From: Clostridia bacterium
GTDB lineage: Bacteria > Bacillota > Clostridia > Christensenellales > UBA1242
Direction of reading: 5' to 3'
DNA length: 64,000 nucleotides
NCBI GenBank assembly: GCA_017399265.1
Contig: JAFQDL010000005.1
Span: forward strand, 9,675 to 73,674
A program made the translations under genes and the position numbers. The notes under the pieces were generated by a model that worked only from the letters and a program-made list of their open reading frames with translations, was not told the origin of the DNA and did not search any database. Positions 42,596 to 55,406 of this stretch are shown piece after piece; positions within the stretch are counted from its first letter, which is position 1, and each line of letters starts with the position of its first letter.

Positions 42596-43561
42596 TTAGC
42601 TCAATATATTTAAGACAAGCATATCCACAGCATTAATTGGCGTGATTTGACTAGTTTTTATCTGATACTCCAAAGATATGCATAGATCATTAATTTCCTT
42701 TAATTTCTTAGGTTTGAAATATTTAGCCTGCTCTAAACATTTCTTTGCTGCATATTCTTTAATGTCTAGATAATTTGCAGCATCTACAATATTATCTTTT
42801 GTTATAGACAAATGCAACATTCTTCTAAAATGTGAATAAATAAGCGCAAGCAAACCCTGATAACCATTTTTCTTTTGCTTTAAATCATTGAGTATCTCAT
42901 ATACTTTATTGACGTTCTTTTTCCCCAAACTCTCAGTTAGATCATAGATTTTATATTCAAAACTTTTATTAGTCAAAATCTCTATATCATCTTTTGTAAT
43001 TTCATCAACAGAATAATTTGTTAACTTACCAACCTCATTCATTGCCATCATAATATCAAAACCACAATATTGCAATAGAATTTGAGCATTTTGCATAGTA
43101 ATGCTTTTGCCCGCTTTTGCGACTTCGCTTTGTATTAATTTAACAGCAATCTCTGCCCTCACCTCATCGCAATCAACTTGGCATATCTTATGTGTATCAA
43201 ATTGTTTTAAATTCTCATTACAACTTCCAGTTTTAATGATCAAAACATTTTCAAAATTATCTTCTTCAAAATATTTCTTTAAAGCATCAATATTTTTTAA
43301 TTTTATATGCTTAGAAGATATATCAACATACACTATCTTGTATTTTGACATCAAAGCAGGCGTCATTAATGCAGACACGACATTATTAAAATCCACCTCT
43401 AAATCATTAAACTTAATTTCATTCAATTCTCTGAATTGTACATCTAGTTTATCCAAAATTAGTGAATACGCTTTATCCAACAAAAAAACATCTTTACCAG
43501 ACAAAACATAGTTCCATTCAATTTTACTATTCAAACTTCTTTTTAACTCTTCGAACTTCAT
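42596..43561 (-). CDS. holA: DNA polymerase III delta subunit
   Basis: YVLSGKD.FL, NEVGKL..Y, IYDLTE and EYAAKK. It lies downstream of comEC. Start moved to the ATG at 43561 after a GAGGTG RBS. Confidence 0.88.
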   Translation of the reverse strand: MKFEELKRSLNSKIEWNYVLSGKDVFLLDKAYSLILDKLDVQFRELNEIKFNDLEVDFNNVVSALMTPALMSKYKIVYVDISSKHIKLKNIDALKKYFEEDNFENVLIIKTGSCNENLKQFDTHKICQVDCDEVRAEIAVKLIQSEVAKAGKSITMQNAQILLQYCGFDIMMAMNEVGKLTNYSVDEITKDDIEILTNKSFEYKIYDLTESLGKKNVNKVYEILNDLKQKKNGYQGLLALIYSHFRRMLHLSITKDNIVDAANYLDIKEYAAKKCLEQAKYFKPKKLKEINDLCISLEYQIKTSQITPINAVDMLVLNILS

Positions 43562-43562
43562 T

Positions 43563-45782
43563 TTACACCTCAATAATATACTCTTTTAATTTATACAACT
43601 GCACACTATTACTATCAATATTACTACTACCACACACTAGTTTATCGTATTTAAAATCAAAATCTAGTAAGTTATGCTCTTCATTATCACAAACCAACAA
43701 ATCAAATTTGTTATTTAGACTCGATGCAATAAAATTTAAATCTGCAACACTATCTGATACTACATAGCCAACACTACCATCATTAGTCTCGATATTAATA
43801 AACACTAAATCATTCGTGTTATTATACACAAATCCAAGCTTTGTGTTTTTAAAAATAATATCTGTATTATAACACACAATCTGAGCATCACCAAAATCAA
43901 TTTTATTAAACAGTCTTAGTTGAGACTCATGAATATACACAGTTTCACAATTGTATGAAGCTATAAATTCATTAACCTCTTTGTAATCATTTATCGTAAA
44001 ATCATACAAAAGTAATGCATCTATTTTATTAATTTTTCGCTCATTGCAAAAAGTATTAGTATACTTATTAGGCACACCAATTACCAATTTTGAGTTATTG
44101 TCTATATAGATTTTTGAAATATTTTTATAATTATGTTGCAGTAGTAACTGATTTCCATTATAATTGATACTCTGAGAATTTAATACAATTATCAATACAG
44201 CTACGATACTAAGAAATGATAAAAGAATCGGCTTAATCTTTTTGGAATTAAAAAAGAATCTTGACAAATATGCCAATATTAATATTAAGCCAAACACCCA
44301 ATAACCCACTCTAAATACAGACACAACACCAAATGGAATATTAGAAAACCATCTCACAATAGATGTAACCACTTGCAATCCTATGCTTGGAATAATCAAA
44401 CTCCAAGATAAGAATGGTATTAATGCAATAAACAAAAAATAAAACAACAATGCAAAGACTATTGTAAATAGTGGAATTATAAATAAATTAGCAACTACAG
44501 AAATAAAAGAAGCAGTTCCGAAATTATTTGCAAGTATAGGAAATGTAACTAAAGTAACACATATACTAGCACCCAATGGCGAACTAATAAATCTAGGCAC
44601 TTTTATCTTGTCTAAAAGTTTACATAATTCAGGCGCTAACGTAATGATAGCAAAAATACAACTAAAAGATAATTGAAAACCCACTTCAAATAAAGATAGT
44701 GGAGAAAATAACAAAATTAATACTCCTGCTATACTTAAAGAGTTAAGCACATCATATCTAAACCCCCATACTCTAGTAAATAAAAGGACAAGACTCATTA
44801 TAGTAGCCCTCATTACAGAAGCTGCAAAACCGCAAAGATAAGCATAAAAGAACAATACACTAGCAACCGATACAAAACAAAGCCACCGGTATATTTTATA
44901 CCCAACTTTTAATTTTTTTAATAAACCATGAACTAACAAATAAACAATACCACTCAACACACCCACATGCAAACCTGATACACAAAGCAAATGAGTTACA
45001 CCCGCAACATCAAAGGTAGAATACAAACTTTTATCTAAAACAGATTTGTCTCCAAATAACATACTATATGCCAAATTTGCATTAGTTTCTGTCATATTGT
45101 CTGCAAATATTGTTTTTAACCCGTTTAAAATACCATTCTTAAAACTTTGTTTATTTTCTAAAATTTGTACATCTTTGACATTGTCTACAACAATAGTATA
45201 TCCCACGCCATCGATAACTTTACTTACATCATCAGTATCAAAAACATTATTACTTATAATATCACCCTGCACCGAGACGACACTTCCAATCTCAAAATTA
45301 TAATATCCAGACAAATACAAACTGCCATTCGAAATCAATTCTACAGATATGTCTTCGTTTTCAAATTTTATATCTTTCAATACCAAACTTGTACCATATT
45401 CATATGTCGTAATCTTATCTATAGTTGCTACAATCTGTCCGCTATCATTTATTTGCATATCTTTAGACTTTAACTCATTTAGCGTCATATTTGTAACAAA
45501 CACCCCTAAGAAAAAAGATATAACAACCACAATAATACAACTACAATATTTCAAACATTTTTGAAAATCAAATCTATATATTTTTTTCTTCTTATTTAGT
45601 GAAACAATTATCGCCACCACTAAAAATACCATAGTCACACTTAAGATAATATATATAGGCAATAAAAAATACTCTTTGCCTTTAATTACTAAGTTATAGC
45701 AAAGTAGAACGCCTAATAATAAACCAACAAAGGCTAAAAAAGGACTCCTAATATTAAAGTGTCGTATATTATTTCTTTTCAT
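43563..45782 (-). CDS. comEC: ComEC/Rec2 competence channel
   Basis: THLLCVSGLHVG, ASVMRATIM, GFQLSF and ANLFIIP; many TM segments. Confidence 0.92.
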   Translation of the reverse strand: MKRNNIRHFNIRSPFLAFVGLLLGVLLCYNLVIKGKEYFLLPIYIILSVTMVFLVVAIIVSLNKKKKIYRFDFQKCLKYCSCIIVVVISFFLGVFVTNMTLNELKSKDMQINDSGQIVATIDKITTYEYGTSLVLKDIKFENEDISVELISNGSLYLSGYYNFEIGSVVSVQGDIISNNVFDTDDVSKVIDGVGYTIVVDNVKDVQILENKQSFKNGILNGLKTIFADNMTETNANLAYSMLFGDKSVLDKSLYSTFDVAGVTHLLCVSGLHVGVLSGIVYLLVHGLLKKLKVGYKIYRWLCFVSVASVLFFYAYLCGFAASVMRATIMSLVLLFTRVWGFRYDVLNSLSIAGVLILLFSPLSLFEVGFQLSFSCIFAIITLAPELCKLLDKIKVPRFISSPLGASICVTLVTFPILANNFGTASFISVVANLFIIPLFTIVFALLFYFLFIALIPFLSWSLIIPSIGLQVVTSIVRWFSNIPFGVVSVFRVGYWVFGLILILAYLSRFFFNSKKIKPILLSFLSIVAVLIIVLNSQSINYNGNQLLLQHNYKNISKIYIDNNSKLVIGVPNKYTNTFCNERKINKIDALLLYDFTINDYKEVNEFIASYNCETVYIHESQLRLFNKIDFGDAQIVCYNTDIIFKNTKLGFVYNNTNDLVFINIETNDGSVGYVVSDSVADLNFIASSLNNKFDLLVCDNEEHNLLDFDFKYDKLVCGSSNIDSNSVQLYKLKEYIIEV

Positions 45783-45837
45783 ACACTTTCATTATACATC
45801 GGAATCCAATTTTTCACAAATATTTAATTATTAATTA

Positions 45838-46185
45838 CTACACAAATCCAAGACTTATCAAAATAGCATTATCTACACTTTGCATCTTTAGATCACTTAA
45901 CTCACCTATCTTTTCTTTTAATCTTTTTTTATCTATAGTTCTAAGCTGCTCTAATAAAACCACAGAATCTTTAACTAAACCAAAATCTTTAGCAGGCAAT
46001 TCTATATGTGTAGGTATTTTTGCTTTATTAATTTGACTAGTAATAGCAGACACAATAACTGTAGGGCTATATTTATTGCCTACATTATTCTGTATTATCA
46101 ATACAGGTCTAACACCCCCTTGCTCACTTCCAACAACAGGGCTCAAATCTGCATAATATAATTCACCTCTTTTAATATCATTCAT
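45838..46185 (-). CDS. mazF: MazF/PemK (NdoA-type) endoribonuclease toxin
   Basis: [28 protein letters not shown] and [12 protein letters not shown]. Confidence 0.97.
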   Translation of the reverse strand: MNDIKRGELYYADLSPVVGSEQGGVRPVLIIQNNVGNKYSPTVIVSAITSQINKAKIPTHIELPAKDFGLVKDSVVLLEQLRTIDKKRLKEKIGELSDLKMQSVDNAILISLGFV

Positions 46186-46420
46186 GCATTATCCACTTCA
46201 AATAATTAATATAATCGTCATTTAAAAGTCCCATAAGCCTATTACAATCATCAACACAAAACTCAGGATATTCAATGTAAAAGTCCTCAAACAACTTTTC
46301 ATCAATATCTACTTTCATATTATGAATATTAGACTTAATTTTGTTAACATTATTACCTTGACTATATAAATGATTGGCATATTGAATAAAATTATTCGAA
46401 GCATACTTATCTTTTTTCAT
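46178..46420 (-). CDS. Putative antitoxin partner of MazF (divergent)
   Basis: 80 aa, overlaps the mazF start by 8 nt, sits in the ndoAI position and has an acidic C-terminal half. Confidence 0.55.
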   Translation of the reverse strand: MKKDKYASNNFIQYANHLYSQGNNVNKIKSNIHNMKVDIDEKLFEDFYIEYPEFCVDDCNRLMGLLNDDYINYLKWIMHE

Positions 46421-46483
46421 TATTTCTCGCTTAGTTATCTGATTTTATAAAAAATTTATCGCTTTTATTTATTTTTCGACAAC

Positions 46484-46513
46484 AAAAAAAAGCACCATCA
46501 TTTATTATGGTGC
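46484..46513 (-). terminator. Terminator after acpS
   Basis: gcaccat...atggtgc followed by a T-run on the minus strand. Confidence 0.7.
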
Positions 46514-46540
46514 GCAAAGTATCATAAATTATTTATAAAT

Positions 46541-46903
46541 TTAGTAAACAATGCAGACGGCTACGGCAACTGATGTAGAATCAGATATACTTATAGATAT
46601 ATTACTAAAACCCATTTCATTAAATTTCTGCCCAGCTTCATCAGTCAACTTAATATGTGGACGTCCCAAATCATCATAAAATATACCAATTTCCTTTAAA
46701 TCTATACCACGACCTATTCCTATTCCTAAAGCCTTTAAAAAAGCTTCTTTACACGAATAATACCCTGCTAAAATTTGAGCTTTGTTATTTGATTTTTTTA
46801 CAAATTCTATTTCTTCTTGCGTAAAAAATTTATTTAAAAATGTCTCTTTTTCGCAAAGTTTTTCCATTCTATTAATATCTAATACATCAATCCCAATTTC
46901 CAT
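46541..46903 (-). CDS. acpS: Holo-ACP synthase
   Basis: IGIDV, KEAFLKALG.G, G.P and SIS. Confidence 0.93.
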   Translation of the reverse strand: MEIGIDVLDINRMEKLCEKETFLNKFFTQEEIEFVKKSNNKAQILAGYYSCKEAFLKALGIGIGRGIDLKEIGIFYDDLGRPHIKLTDEAGQKFNEMGFSNISISISDSTSVAVAVCIVY

Positions 46904-47522
46904 ATTTTTCTCCTTGCTTTAATGTATTAATTGCAGTCTTTATATCATCGTACGAAAATCCACGTGATGCCAAAAATCTAATACACTTTTGAGTATTCTT
47001 TTCATTTAATTCCATATTTTTAGCCTTTTTTATAAGGCATGCATAGCACTTATTATACTCATCTTCTATCTCATTTTCGTTAAAATAATCATCAATATCT
47101 TTTTGCGATATTCCTTTTTGTTTTAAATTTTGTATTATTTTATTTTGCCCAAATTTAGAACTATAAGTATTAATATAAGATTTTATATAATTTATATCAT
47201 CTATATATTTATATTCAATCAACTTGTCTATAACATATTCTATAATATCGGTATCGAATTCTTTTTTCTTAAGATAATCTCTCACTTGCTTTTTTGTCTT
47301 TAGTGCATTCGTTACATATTTTGCAACAAAATTTAAAGCTAATTCTTTTTCGCTAGCCGCAATAATTTGCTTTAATTTTTCTTCCTCGATTTCTTTACCA
47401 ACTTTAAGTCCATATTTAACACAAGTATCCAAATACACCCTGCTATAAAACTCATCATCAATAAAGAGATTAACCTTTTGTTTATTGTTTTTTTGTACTT
47501 CCAGTTTTGTAATTTTACCCAT
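46887..47522 (-). CDS. recX: Regulatory protein RecX
   Basis: YIDD..Y, G..KI.Q.L.QKGI and RFLASRGFSYD. Confidence 0.9.
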   Translation of the reverse strand: MGKITKLEVQKNNKQKVNLFIDDEFYSRVYLDTCVKYGLKVGKEIEEEKLKQIIAASEKELALNFVAKYVTNALKTKKQVRDYLKKKEFDTDIIEYVIDKLIEYKYIDDINYIKSYINTYSSKFGQNKIIQNLKQKGISQKDIDDYFNENEIEDEYNKCYACLIKKAKNMELNEKNTQKCIRFLASRGFSYDDIKTAINTLKQGEKYGNWD

Positions 47523-48116
47523 CTAAAATACTTCTTCTCCTAAATCTTCAAATGAAGATGATACTTGTCTTATTCTTTGAACAGAATCTTCATCTTTTAC
47601 TAACACACACAGCTCTACTTTTTTATCTGCAATATTAGAATAATCTATATTTAAAATTCTATAATTTTCGTTATTTTGATATAAATATAGGCTATCATAA
47701 GGAATTTGGGCAATTACTTTTTTCCCAAAAACTAGTTCTACAATATCACACTCATCAATTACTGCTTTTGCACTTCCTGCATATGCCCTAACTAAACCAC
47801 CAGCACCTAGCTTAATACCACCAAAATATCTTACAACTATAACCAAAACATTTGTTAAATTTTGTTTTTTAATAATATCAAGAATAGGCTTGCCAGCTGT
47901 ACCACTTGGCTCTCCATCATCACTACATCTTTCTTTCGCTGGTTTTGATAATACATATGCGTATACAACATGTGTAGCATCGGAATATTTATGATTATAT
48001 TCATCAATAATCCTTTCTGCATACTCCTCATTATTTATTTTGATTGCAAATGCCAAAAATTTAGATTTTTTTATTAATATTTCACTTGATTTATCTTCTA
48101 CTATTACTTTCATCAT
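47523..48116 (-). CDS. yigZ: YigZ/IMPACT family protein
   Basis: IKKSKF, DATH, SDDGEPSGTAGKP and VRYFGGIKLGAGGLVRAY. Confidence 0.95.
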   Translation of the reverse strand: MMKVIVEDKSSEILIKKSKFLAFAIKINNEEYAERIIDEYNHKYSDATHVVYAYVLSKPAKERCSDDGEPSGTAGKPILDIIKKQNLTNVLVIVVRYFGGIKLGAGGLVRAYAGSAKAVIDECDIVELVFGKKVIAQIPYDSLYLYQNNENYRILNIDYSNIADKKVELCVLVKDEDSVQRIRQVSSSFEDLGEEVF

Positions 48117-48169
48117 TCCTCTTCTTTATAGTACTAGTATAGACGAAAAAAAATTTTTTTCAAAGCGAT

Positions 48170-48202
48170 AAAAAAAGCATTGTTTTAAAAACAACGCCTT
48201 TT
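48170..48202 (-). terminator. Terminator after eno
   Basis: aaggcgttgtt...aacaatgc followed by a T-run on the minus strand. Confidence 0.75.
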
Positions 48203-48207
48203 ACTTA

Positions 48208-49581
<1,374 letters not shown>

Positions 49582-49638
49582 TTAACAACTACATTTTTCA
49601 AAGATTTTAAAAAAATATTGTACAATCACGTACAATAT

Positions 49639-51340
<1,702 letters not shown>

Positions 51341-51415
51341 ATAGTTTTCTCCATTTACTTATTATCTCAACCATTCTATCACAAATTTGATACTAATGTA
51401 AATCTTTTATTGAAT

Positions 51416-51448
51416 AAAAAAAACTATGACCAATATTAATCATAGTTT
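51416..51448 (-). terminator. Terminator after rpmF
   Basis: aaaactatga...tcatagtttt with a T-run. Confidence 0.75.
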
Positions 51449-51459
51449 CTAAAATCAAC

Positions 51460-51654
51460 TTAAGCCTCTTTCTTTTCTTTGCCAACGTTAATTTTTTGTT
51501 CTCCATTATAGTATCCACATTTCTTGCATACTACATGAGGAGCTTTAAGTTCGTGACAATGAGGGCACTCAACCAAAGAAGGTGTTGTCATCTTCCAGTT
51601 TGCTTTTCTAGAATTCCTTCTTGCTTTTGAAATTTTTCCTTTAGGTGCTATCAT
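51460..51654 (-). CDS. rpmF: 50S ribosomal protein L32
   Basis: PKGKISKARR and CPHC...HVVCKKCGYY. Confidence 0.97.
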   Translation of the reverse strand: MIAPKGKISKARRNSRKANWKMTTPSLVECPHCHELKAPHVVCKKCGYYNGEQKINVGKEKKEA

Positions 51655-51693
51655 TTTCTACACCTCCTTCAATTTTTCTAATATTGCTTGAAA

Positions 51694-51722
51694 ATTATAC
51701 ATTAAAACTTTTTGTTTGTCAA
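51694..51722 (-). promoter_or_regulatory. Consensus promoter of rpmF
   Basis: TTGACA-17-TATAAT. Confidence 0.85.
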
Positions 51723-51784
51723 TGCAATTTTGCAAAATATTTTAAAAATGTATATTAATAATCAAATTTTAATTATTTTTTAGA

Positions 51785-52975
51785 TTATTTAACTAGCTTT
51801 TCTGTTTCTTGGGCAATAACCATTTCTTCGTCTGTAGGAATAACAAACAACTTAACCTTACTATCATCTGCACCAATCTCAGAAATTTCACCACGTTTAG
51901 CACCAAAGTTTTTATCGTTATCAACTTTGATACCCATAAATTCTAAACCTTGAGTTACATCACGTCTAAGTTCAGGAGTATGCTCTCCTACACCTGCAGT
52001 AAATACAATAGCATCTACGCCACCTAATACACCGATGTATGAACAAATATATTTCTTTATTCTATAAGAATACATATCATATGCCAATTTTACAGTTGGA
52101 TCAGTCAAATTAGCAGTAATATCTCTCATATCCGATACAAAACCAGTAGCACCAAGCAGACCGCTCTCTTTGTTTAACATCTTCAATACTTCAGAAACAG
52201 TTTTTCCTTCTTTGTTGCAAATAAATTCAATAATAGCCGGATCCAAATCACCACTTCTGGTATTCATCATAATACCTTCTAGTGGAGTAAAGCCCATAGA
52301 AGTATCAAAACTCTTACCATTTTTTACAGCTGTAATACTTGCACCACTACCCAAGTGACAAGTAACTATATTAATATCTTTTACATCTTTGTTAAGTAGT
52401 TTTGCACATTCTTGAGTTACAAAATAATGACTAGTACCATGTGCTCCATAACGTCTAATTTTGTAATCTTCATAATACTTTTTAGGAATACCATATCTAT
52501 ACACATATGGTTCAATTGATTTATGGAAACCAATATCAAATACCGCTACATTTGGTGTATTTGGGCATATTTGCATACATGCAGAAAGCCCTGCAATAGC
52601 ACCTGGCATATGAAGTGGTGAGAAGTCTTTATTTACTTCAAAATCATCCAAAATTTCTTTAGTTACAACAATAGGATCAAAGTATTTTTCACCAACGTTA
52701 ACAACTCTATGACCAAACGCATCAATTTCATCTGTAGACGAAATTACGCCAATTTCTTTATCTGTCAACTTCTCTAATACTATTTCCATACCTTCTGTAT
52801 GATTACGTATATCTTTTTCGAATATTGTCTCAAGACCTTTTGCTTTATATCTTAAAAATGATTTTCCTTCATTAATTCTTTCTACATTACCTTTTGCTAA
52901 AACGTCTTTAGTCTCCATATCAATAAATTGGAACTTTAAAGAACTACTACCCGCATTAATTACTAATATTTTCAT
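51785..52975 (-). CDS. ackA: Acetate kinase (divergent active-site motifs)
   Basis: INAGSSSLK, HLGSGAS, SMGFTPLEG and PTDEE. Confidence 0.95.
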   Translation of the reverse strand: MKILVINAGSSSLKFQFIDMETKDVLAKGNVERINEGKSFLRYKAKGLETIFEKDIRNHTEGMEIVLEKLTDKEIGVISSTDEIDAFGHRVVNVGEKYFDPIVVTKEILDDFEVNKDFSPLHMPGAIAGLSACMQICPNTPNVAVFDIGFHKSIEPYVYRYGIPKKYYEDYKIRRYGAHGTSHYFVTQECAKLLNKDVKDINIVTCHLGSGASITAVKNGKSFDTSMGFTPLEGIMMNTRSGDLDPAIIEFICNKEGKTVSEVLKMLNKESGLLGATGFVSDMRDITANLTDPTVKLAYDMYSYRIKKYICSYIGVLGGVDAIVFTAGVGEHTPELRRDVTQGLEFMGIKVDNDKNFGAKRGEISEIGADDSKVKLFVIPTDEEMVIAQETEKLVK

Positions 52976-52986
52976 CTATATTCTCC

Positions 52987-53982
52987 TTATTTTGTTTGTA
53001 ATACTGTAAGTGCAATCGCTTCTACTATTTCTTCTACATTTGCTCCACGGCTTACATCATTTATTGGTTTTCTCATACCTTGTGCAATAGGACCAATTGC
53101 CTTATATCCACCAAATCTTTGCATTAATTTGTATCCTATATTTCCACTTTCTAAATTTGGGAATATTAAAACATTGGCTTTGCCACCAACCTTGCTGTTT
53201 GGACATTTTAATTTAGCTACTTCTTCAACAACGGCTGCATCTAATTGCATTTCGCCATCAAAATCAAAGTCTACATTTTTATCTTCAAGGATTTTTACTG
53301 CTTCTCTAACTTTCAATGCGCAGTCCCCTTCCGCACTACCTTTTGTTGAATAGCAAAGCATAGCAACTTTTGGATCCATATAACAAAGATTTCTACAAGT
53401 CTCTGCAGATTGCATTGCAAAACCTGCCAAATCATTAGCATCAGGTGCAATATTTACACCACAGTCAGAAAGCACGTAAATACTTTCCTCACCATCTACT
53501 TCTTTAATCATCACAAAGAAACTACTAACCTTAGTATTTTTATCCTTACTCTTTATGATTTGGAACGCTGGTTTAAATGTCTTTGCAGTAGAAATTTCCG
53601 CACCTGCAACCAAACCATCAGCAAGCCCCAATTCTACCATCATTGTACCAAAATAAACTGCATCTTTTAAAGTTTGATCTGCTAGTTCCATTGTCATGCC
53701 TTTATCTTTCCTAAGAGTTACTAAGGTCTCTTGCAACATTGGTCTAATATCTGATGTATTGATATTAATAACCTTTAGATTTTCACTTTCTTCAATTGAA
53801 TACTTTTCAAAAGCATTGTCATCATCTGTTAGAAGTATTACTTTAGCAATATTCTGTTTTGCAGCCTCAATACCAGCTAAGGTAATTCTTTCACTAAAAT
53901 ATGCTTCTGGAAGAACTATTGTAGCATATAAAGATTTTGCGTCATTTAACCATTTTTTCTCAATTTTTGTATCAAAACTCAT
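52987..53982 (-). CDS. pta: Phosphate acetyltransferase
   Basis: DCGVN, YSTKGS, DGEMQLDAA, FPNLESGNIGYK and SRG. The start is uncertain (ATG 53982 or TTG 53994). Confidence 0.93.
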   Translation of the reverse strand: MSFDTKIEKKWLNDAKSLYATIVLPEAYFSERITLAGIEAAKQNIAKVILLTDDDNAFEKYSIEESENLKVININTSDIRPMLQETLVTLRKDKGMTMELADQTLKDAVYFGTMMVELGLADGLVAGAEISTAKTFKPAFQIIKSKDKNTKVSSFFVMIKEVDGEESIYVLSDCGVNIAPDANDLAGFAMQSAETCRNLCYMDPKVAMLCYSTKGSAEGDCALKVREAVKILEDKNVDFDFDGEMQLDAAVVEEVAKLKCPNSKVGGKANVLIFPNLESGNIGYKLMQRFGGYKAIGPIAQGMRKPINDVSRGANVEEIVEAIALTVLQTK

Positions 53983-54125
53983 AATTTTAACCAACTTTTA
54001 ATATTTTATTTGTATTTTCAAACTAAATTTTATATAATACTTTTAATATATTACATAAATAAATTAAGTTCTAAATAATAATACTACATTTTTTAACTGA
54101 TGTAAATAAATAAATGGAGATTTTT

Positions 54126-55382
54126 ATGAAAATTTGTGCAATCATATGTGAATACAACCCACTTCATTATGGTCATCTTAACCATATTGAAGACAGTAAA
54201 AAACTTTCAGGTGCCGACGCCATCATGTGTATAATGGCAGGTAACTTTAGTCAACGTGGAGAGCCAACTCTAGTTAATAAATATGTTAGAGCAAGAATGG
54301 CACTTGATGCAGGAGCAGATATTGTTGTTCAAATCCCAACTGCATATGTTTGTAGCAGTGCAGAAATTTTTGCTACGGCTGGTGTAAAAATTGCAAACTC
54401 ATTCGACAATGTTACACATTTATCTTTTGGTTGCGAAACTAAAAACCACGAACTTCTTAAAGAAGTAGCAAGATATTTGGCCGATGAGCCTAAAGATTAC
54501 AAAGACACTTTAAAAAAATTCTTAGATGAAGGTAACTCTATGGCTGTATCTAGAGAAAAAGCTATAGAAGAGCTAATAAGAACAGACAAAGTCGAATTTA
54601 GTGAAATCACAGAAGTATACAATATTCTTAAAAAACCAAACAACATATTAGCTATAGAATATCTAAAAGCTTTGTATAGGACAAATAGCAAAATAGAGCC
54701 AGTGTTCTCCGTAAGAGAAAATAGCGACTACACTAGTGAAGTTGTAAATGGAAAAGACACTAGCGCAACCGCCATCCGTGCACGACTTGCTAAAAAAGGT
54801 AAAGCTAGTAGTGTTAAAAAGCTTATACCAAAGACTTCTTATAAATTATTAAAAGACGAATTAGACTCTTCTGGATTACCTGATGATAAACTATATAGTA
54901 ATCTTGCTATGTATGTAATAAAGACTAAACCCCTAAAAGAGATGGCTCAAATCTATGATGTTTCTGAAGGATTAGAAAATAGATTTAAAGAAAAGGCCAA
55001 CAAAATCAAAGATTTGAAAACATTACTTTTGGAAGTAAAATCTAAAAGATACACTTATACAAGACTTAAAAGAATAGTTGCAAAATTAGTTCTTAATATA
55101 AGTAGTAATTGTATTGAAAAATTATATGAAATCGATAAACTACCTTATGTAAAGGTACTAGGATTTAATAGTAATAATCAAACATTACTTAATGAACTTA
55201 ACTGTAATACCAACTTGATTATAAGAAATAGCAATATCGTAGAAAAACCAAGCAAATTATATAAAGAATTAGCAGAAATCGAAGATAATGCAAATGCTGT
55301 ATATAATCAATTACTTACCAAATCCTCTGCGATAGCAGATTATACACCTGACCTACTTACTAAAACTATTGTATACAAATAA
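54126..55382 (+). CDS. tmcAL: tRNA(Met) cytidine acetate ligase (YlbM)
   Basis: EYNPLHYGH, GNFSQRGEP, PNNILAIEY, SATAIR and KSKRYTYTR. Start moved to the ATG at 54126 after GGAG. Confidence 0.93.
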   Translation: MKICAIICEYNPLHYGHLNHIEDSKKLSGADAIMCIMAGNFSQRGEPTLVNKYVRARMALDAGADIVVQIPTAYVCSSAEIFATAGVKIANSFDNVTHLSFGCETKNHELLKEVARYLADEPKDYKDTLKKFLDEGNSMAVSREKAIEELIRTDKVEFSEITEVYNILKKPNNILAIEYLKALYRTNSKIEPVFSVRENSDYTSEVVNGKDTSATAIRARLAKKGKASSVKKLIPKTSYKLLKDELDSSGLPDDKLYSNLAMYVIKTKPLKEMAQIYDVSEGLENRFKEKANKIKDLKTLLLEVKSKRYTYTRLKRIVAKLVLNISSNCIEKLYEIDKLPYVKVLGFNSNNQTLLNELNCNTNLIIRNSNIVEKPSKLYKELAEIEDNANAVYNQLLTKSSAIADYTPDLLTKTIVYK

Positions 55383-55406
55383 TTTAAAGTAATAGGAGAA
55401 TGAAAA

